This document shows positions 61,250-64,000 of a stretch of DNA of 64,000 bases, piece after piece. This DNA is from Octopus vulgaris (taxonomy: Eukaryota), in NCBI GenBank assembly GCA_951406725.2, contig OX597815.1, positions 175,274,001 through 175,338,000 of the forward strand. The letters are read 5' to 3'. Made by a program: the position numbers and the translations under genes. The notes under the pieces were generated by a model, which saw nothing but the letters and a program-made list of their open reading frames with translations, did not search any database and was not told where the DNA came from. Position 1 is the stretch's first letter, and each line of letters begins with the position of its first letter.

Positions 61250-62500
61250 CGATGAAAACAGCATGTGACCCGCCTTGACTAATAGCAGTCCACTTTCTTG
61301 GATTTCTTGTGCCTCTCCATTCGGTATTCTGAGCTTGAAAGAGCTTGGCCTTTCGTCGTTTTACTCACTAGTTCCATGTCTACTCCTTCATACATTATGC
61401 ATGTGTAACAATTTCCAGTGGAAGGGGAATTTTGTAAGTTCTTATGTGTCTACGATTCTTTTTATCGTTTGTTTTGAGCGGAATGGGTGGGTTTGGTGTC
61501 TGCAAGGGGAGGGTGAGGTTAAGAAGGTATGGGTGGGGTGGATGCAGGTTGGGGTTTCCATTCATCCTGACTTTCTTTCTCTTCCTCTGTGTTCTTCCTT
61601 CTGCTACCTTCTATGGTTCTTCTTTGTTTGCCTTTGTCTCTTCTACCTTCTCCAGTTCCGTAACAGCTTCCTCCTGACCTCTCTTAGTCTGTGAAGGGCA
61701 GTGTGCTCTAATGTGGCCCTTTTGGCCACATTTGAAGAAATGAGGGATTCTGCCCTCCACCCAGACTCTTAAAACTGCATCTCCTATGGTCACCGTTTCT
61801 GCCATTTATTCAATATTCTCTACTGTGCTTTGTATTATTACGTCTAATATTTGACACTTCCAGTTTGCAGCATCTGTCTTTGTAGCTTGGAGGACAGCCA
61901 CTTTTTTGCTTCCTAGAAGCACAGCTGCCGCCACCCATGCCACATTTATTTCAGGTGGGATTCCCTCCACCCAAACCCTGGAAGTCCTTCTTTCAAGGTA
62001 CGTGGGTAGAAGGACCACTCTTTATGTCCTTAATGAGGTTACCGAATGTTCCTTAGCCTTTCTTGCCATTTTAAAATGCACTTCTATGGTTCTGTATCAG
62101 TTTCCTCTGGCAAGTTATGTTATATCTTGCCGGATTAGCCTCAATGCATTTTCAGTTGTTTCCATCAATTCATTTTCGATCCTTCTCTCTTCCACCAAAT
62201 ACACCTTGTACAAAATCATTTTTTCTTCCATGTTTTCAATACTTCCTGGGCTTGTAACAACTTTATGTCACCACCTTCCCTATGTACCATTTTCTTGAAG
62301 CTTTTTAAACTTGACAAGTCCACCTCTTTTCTCGAAACTTCCATTGGTTCTGTGAAACTTTTCTTCTTCAAACATTTATTCATCTCTTGCACCATTCACA
62401 CGAGCTCCTCCTCGGATGATCATAATTCAGACATGCTAAGGTCTGAATAAAATAAATTCCTTGTCGTTGACATAGCTCTCTCTCCTCACGCGTGGAGAGA
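61250..62500 (-). mobile_element. Decayed gag/ORF1-like sequence with zinc knuckle (probable non-LTR element)
   Basis: VWVEGIPPEI...VEGRIPHFFKCGQKGHIRAHCP is a CX2CX4HX4C knuckle with the first Cys lost; in-frame stops. Boundaries approximate. Confidence 0.6.
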
Positions 62501-62699
62501 AAGCAAAAACAAACGAACTGCTGCAAAGCAGCAGAAGACAATTGACAAATCTTCAAACAATTAGTAAATCCTCAAAAAACACAGAACAAAACTAACATGA
62601 CGATGTTAAAGTTCTCGTTGCAGGCTAAAGTGCATTACAATGCTATATATATAATATGAAGTTGTAGAAGAGTCCATAATATGAAGGAAGGCTAAATTA

Positions 62700-63625
62700 G
62701 GATCCTATAGCTTAATTATTTTTGGTGAAAATTTAAAAGTTGAAAGAAATTTGTGTCTACAGGTAATTATAACGTCAGCTATCTTATTATGTAAACTATT
62801 TTTGTTGGCTCGAATTATGTGGATCGCCTCCTTCCTGCATAAATCACAATTCTTTGTGTGTGTATTACGATGGTGTGGCTTCCCTTATTATAGACCAATT
62901 CAGACTGAATTCTTTATTGTTCATTTTTAATTTATTGACGTAGGTTGCTAGTGTGGTTGAATTTTTTGTTTCGTGGTTAATGAAAGTGTTTATATGTGCC
63001 CTGTATCTACTGTTAAAGTCAATTGTACTACTTATGTAAATCATTTTAGGTTCATTTAAGGTTGAGACTTCAACATTATATATGGTATTTCTCCTTAAAC
63101 AGAAACCTTTAAGGGGACAAAGCTCCCTATTACGACAATTACGTGTTTTTATTTTATTTCTGGGTTTAGTCTTACTATTTTTAATATCCATGTTCTTATT
63201 ATTGTTCTTCGTGTTAGGGTCAGCTGAGTTATCTCTATTGGTTTCGTTATTTCTAAGTTTAAGTCTATTATTTGCTGTGATGATAGATTCAAGATTGGGT
63301 GTGGTAGAATAAGATAATTTAAGACAGGATCTATTAAATATAGAATGGTATTTATAATCTGGTGGGAAGTTCCAATTGATAATGCTAAAAAATAACTTAG
63401 GGAGGTTTCTTACCTGGAGGGAGAAGTGAAGTGGGGGTTTGAACTATACAATTACCCGTTTTCTCCCTGAATTGTTCTTACTCTGACCCGTATGGGTATT
63501 GCTATATTTGAAAAACCTATAGTGTCTTCTAAAGTGTTGGTTTCTATATTCGGTGGGGTTATTCATAGGATGTGTGTCGATATTAGAATCTGCAATATTT
63601 GGAAACTGTTTGCCTAATTTGTTTA
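62700..63625 (-). mobile_element. Penelope-like element fragment (linker and GIY-YIG endonuclease), decayed
   Basis: RKRVIV*FKPP, FPPDYKYHSIFNRSCLKLSYSTTPNL, NCRNRELCPLKGFCL..TIY..IYISST.DFNSRYRAH..STTLATYV..WSII. Confidence 0.85.
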
Positions 63626-63819
63626 TATATATATACATGCACAATGGGCTTCTTTCAGTTTCTGTCAACCAAATCCACTCACAAGGCTTTGATCAGCCCG
63701 GGACTATAGTAAAAGACACTTGCCCAAGGTGCCTCAGAGTGGGACTGAACCTAGAACCATGTGATTTGTGAAGCAAGCTTCTTGTCACACAGCCACTCCT
63801 GCATCTATATATATATTGG

Positions 63820-63995
63820 TAGCCACTACACACATTTATTTTCTCTCCTTGTTTCTTTCTGTGTTCCTTTCTGTGGAAGAGCGTAGGCTCGAAACGTAAA
63901 AGACTTTTTCAATTCCTGAGCGTTATACTAATACATCTGTTTGTTTTCTAAACCGCCTGTCTTTGTCTTTTGTTTTTTTGTGAATTCTCCCTATA
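63820..63995 (+). mobile_element. Short repeat with minimal hammerhead-like motif (family D)
   Basis: CTTT-CTGTGGA-A-GAGC-GTAG-GCTC-GAAA-CG-TA-AAAG at 63867-63902. Related copies on the minus strand at about 36751, 38152 and 60350. Confidence 0.55.
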
Positions 63996-64000
63996 TGTGT

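Overview
AT-rich, repeat-dense animal DNA. The RTE/CR1 LINEs, SINE families and (TA)n/(CA)n tracts look like a coleoid cephalopod, most likely Octopus (inferred from repeat style). Three spliced genes can be read directly: (1) the last three exons of an eIF2-alpha kinase of the PERK/EIF2AK3 type (+, 8585-11837); (2) a complete six-exon Rab28 gene (-, 39847-17913, 222 aa) whose switch-II glutamine is replaced by Ile; (3) the last five recognisable exons of a GH18 chitinase with a C-terminal CBM14 domain (-, 59527-41688). The rest is mostly mobile DNA: RTE LINEs carrying a PHD-type finger inside the RT, two CR1-type LINEs, an R4/Dong-like tail, a mariner, Helitrons, a piggyBac-type MITE, SINEs and a Penelope GIY-YIG fragment. 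The most striking unannotated signal is a set of distinct hammerhead-ribozyme-like motifs with palindromic stem III, sitting in inverted or tandem terminal repeats next to (TA)n. Three different families are clustered at 58.0-58.9 kb inside a chitinase intron. All folds were assigned by eye and no activity is shown.
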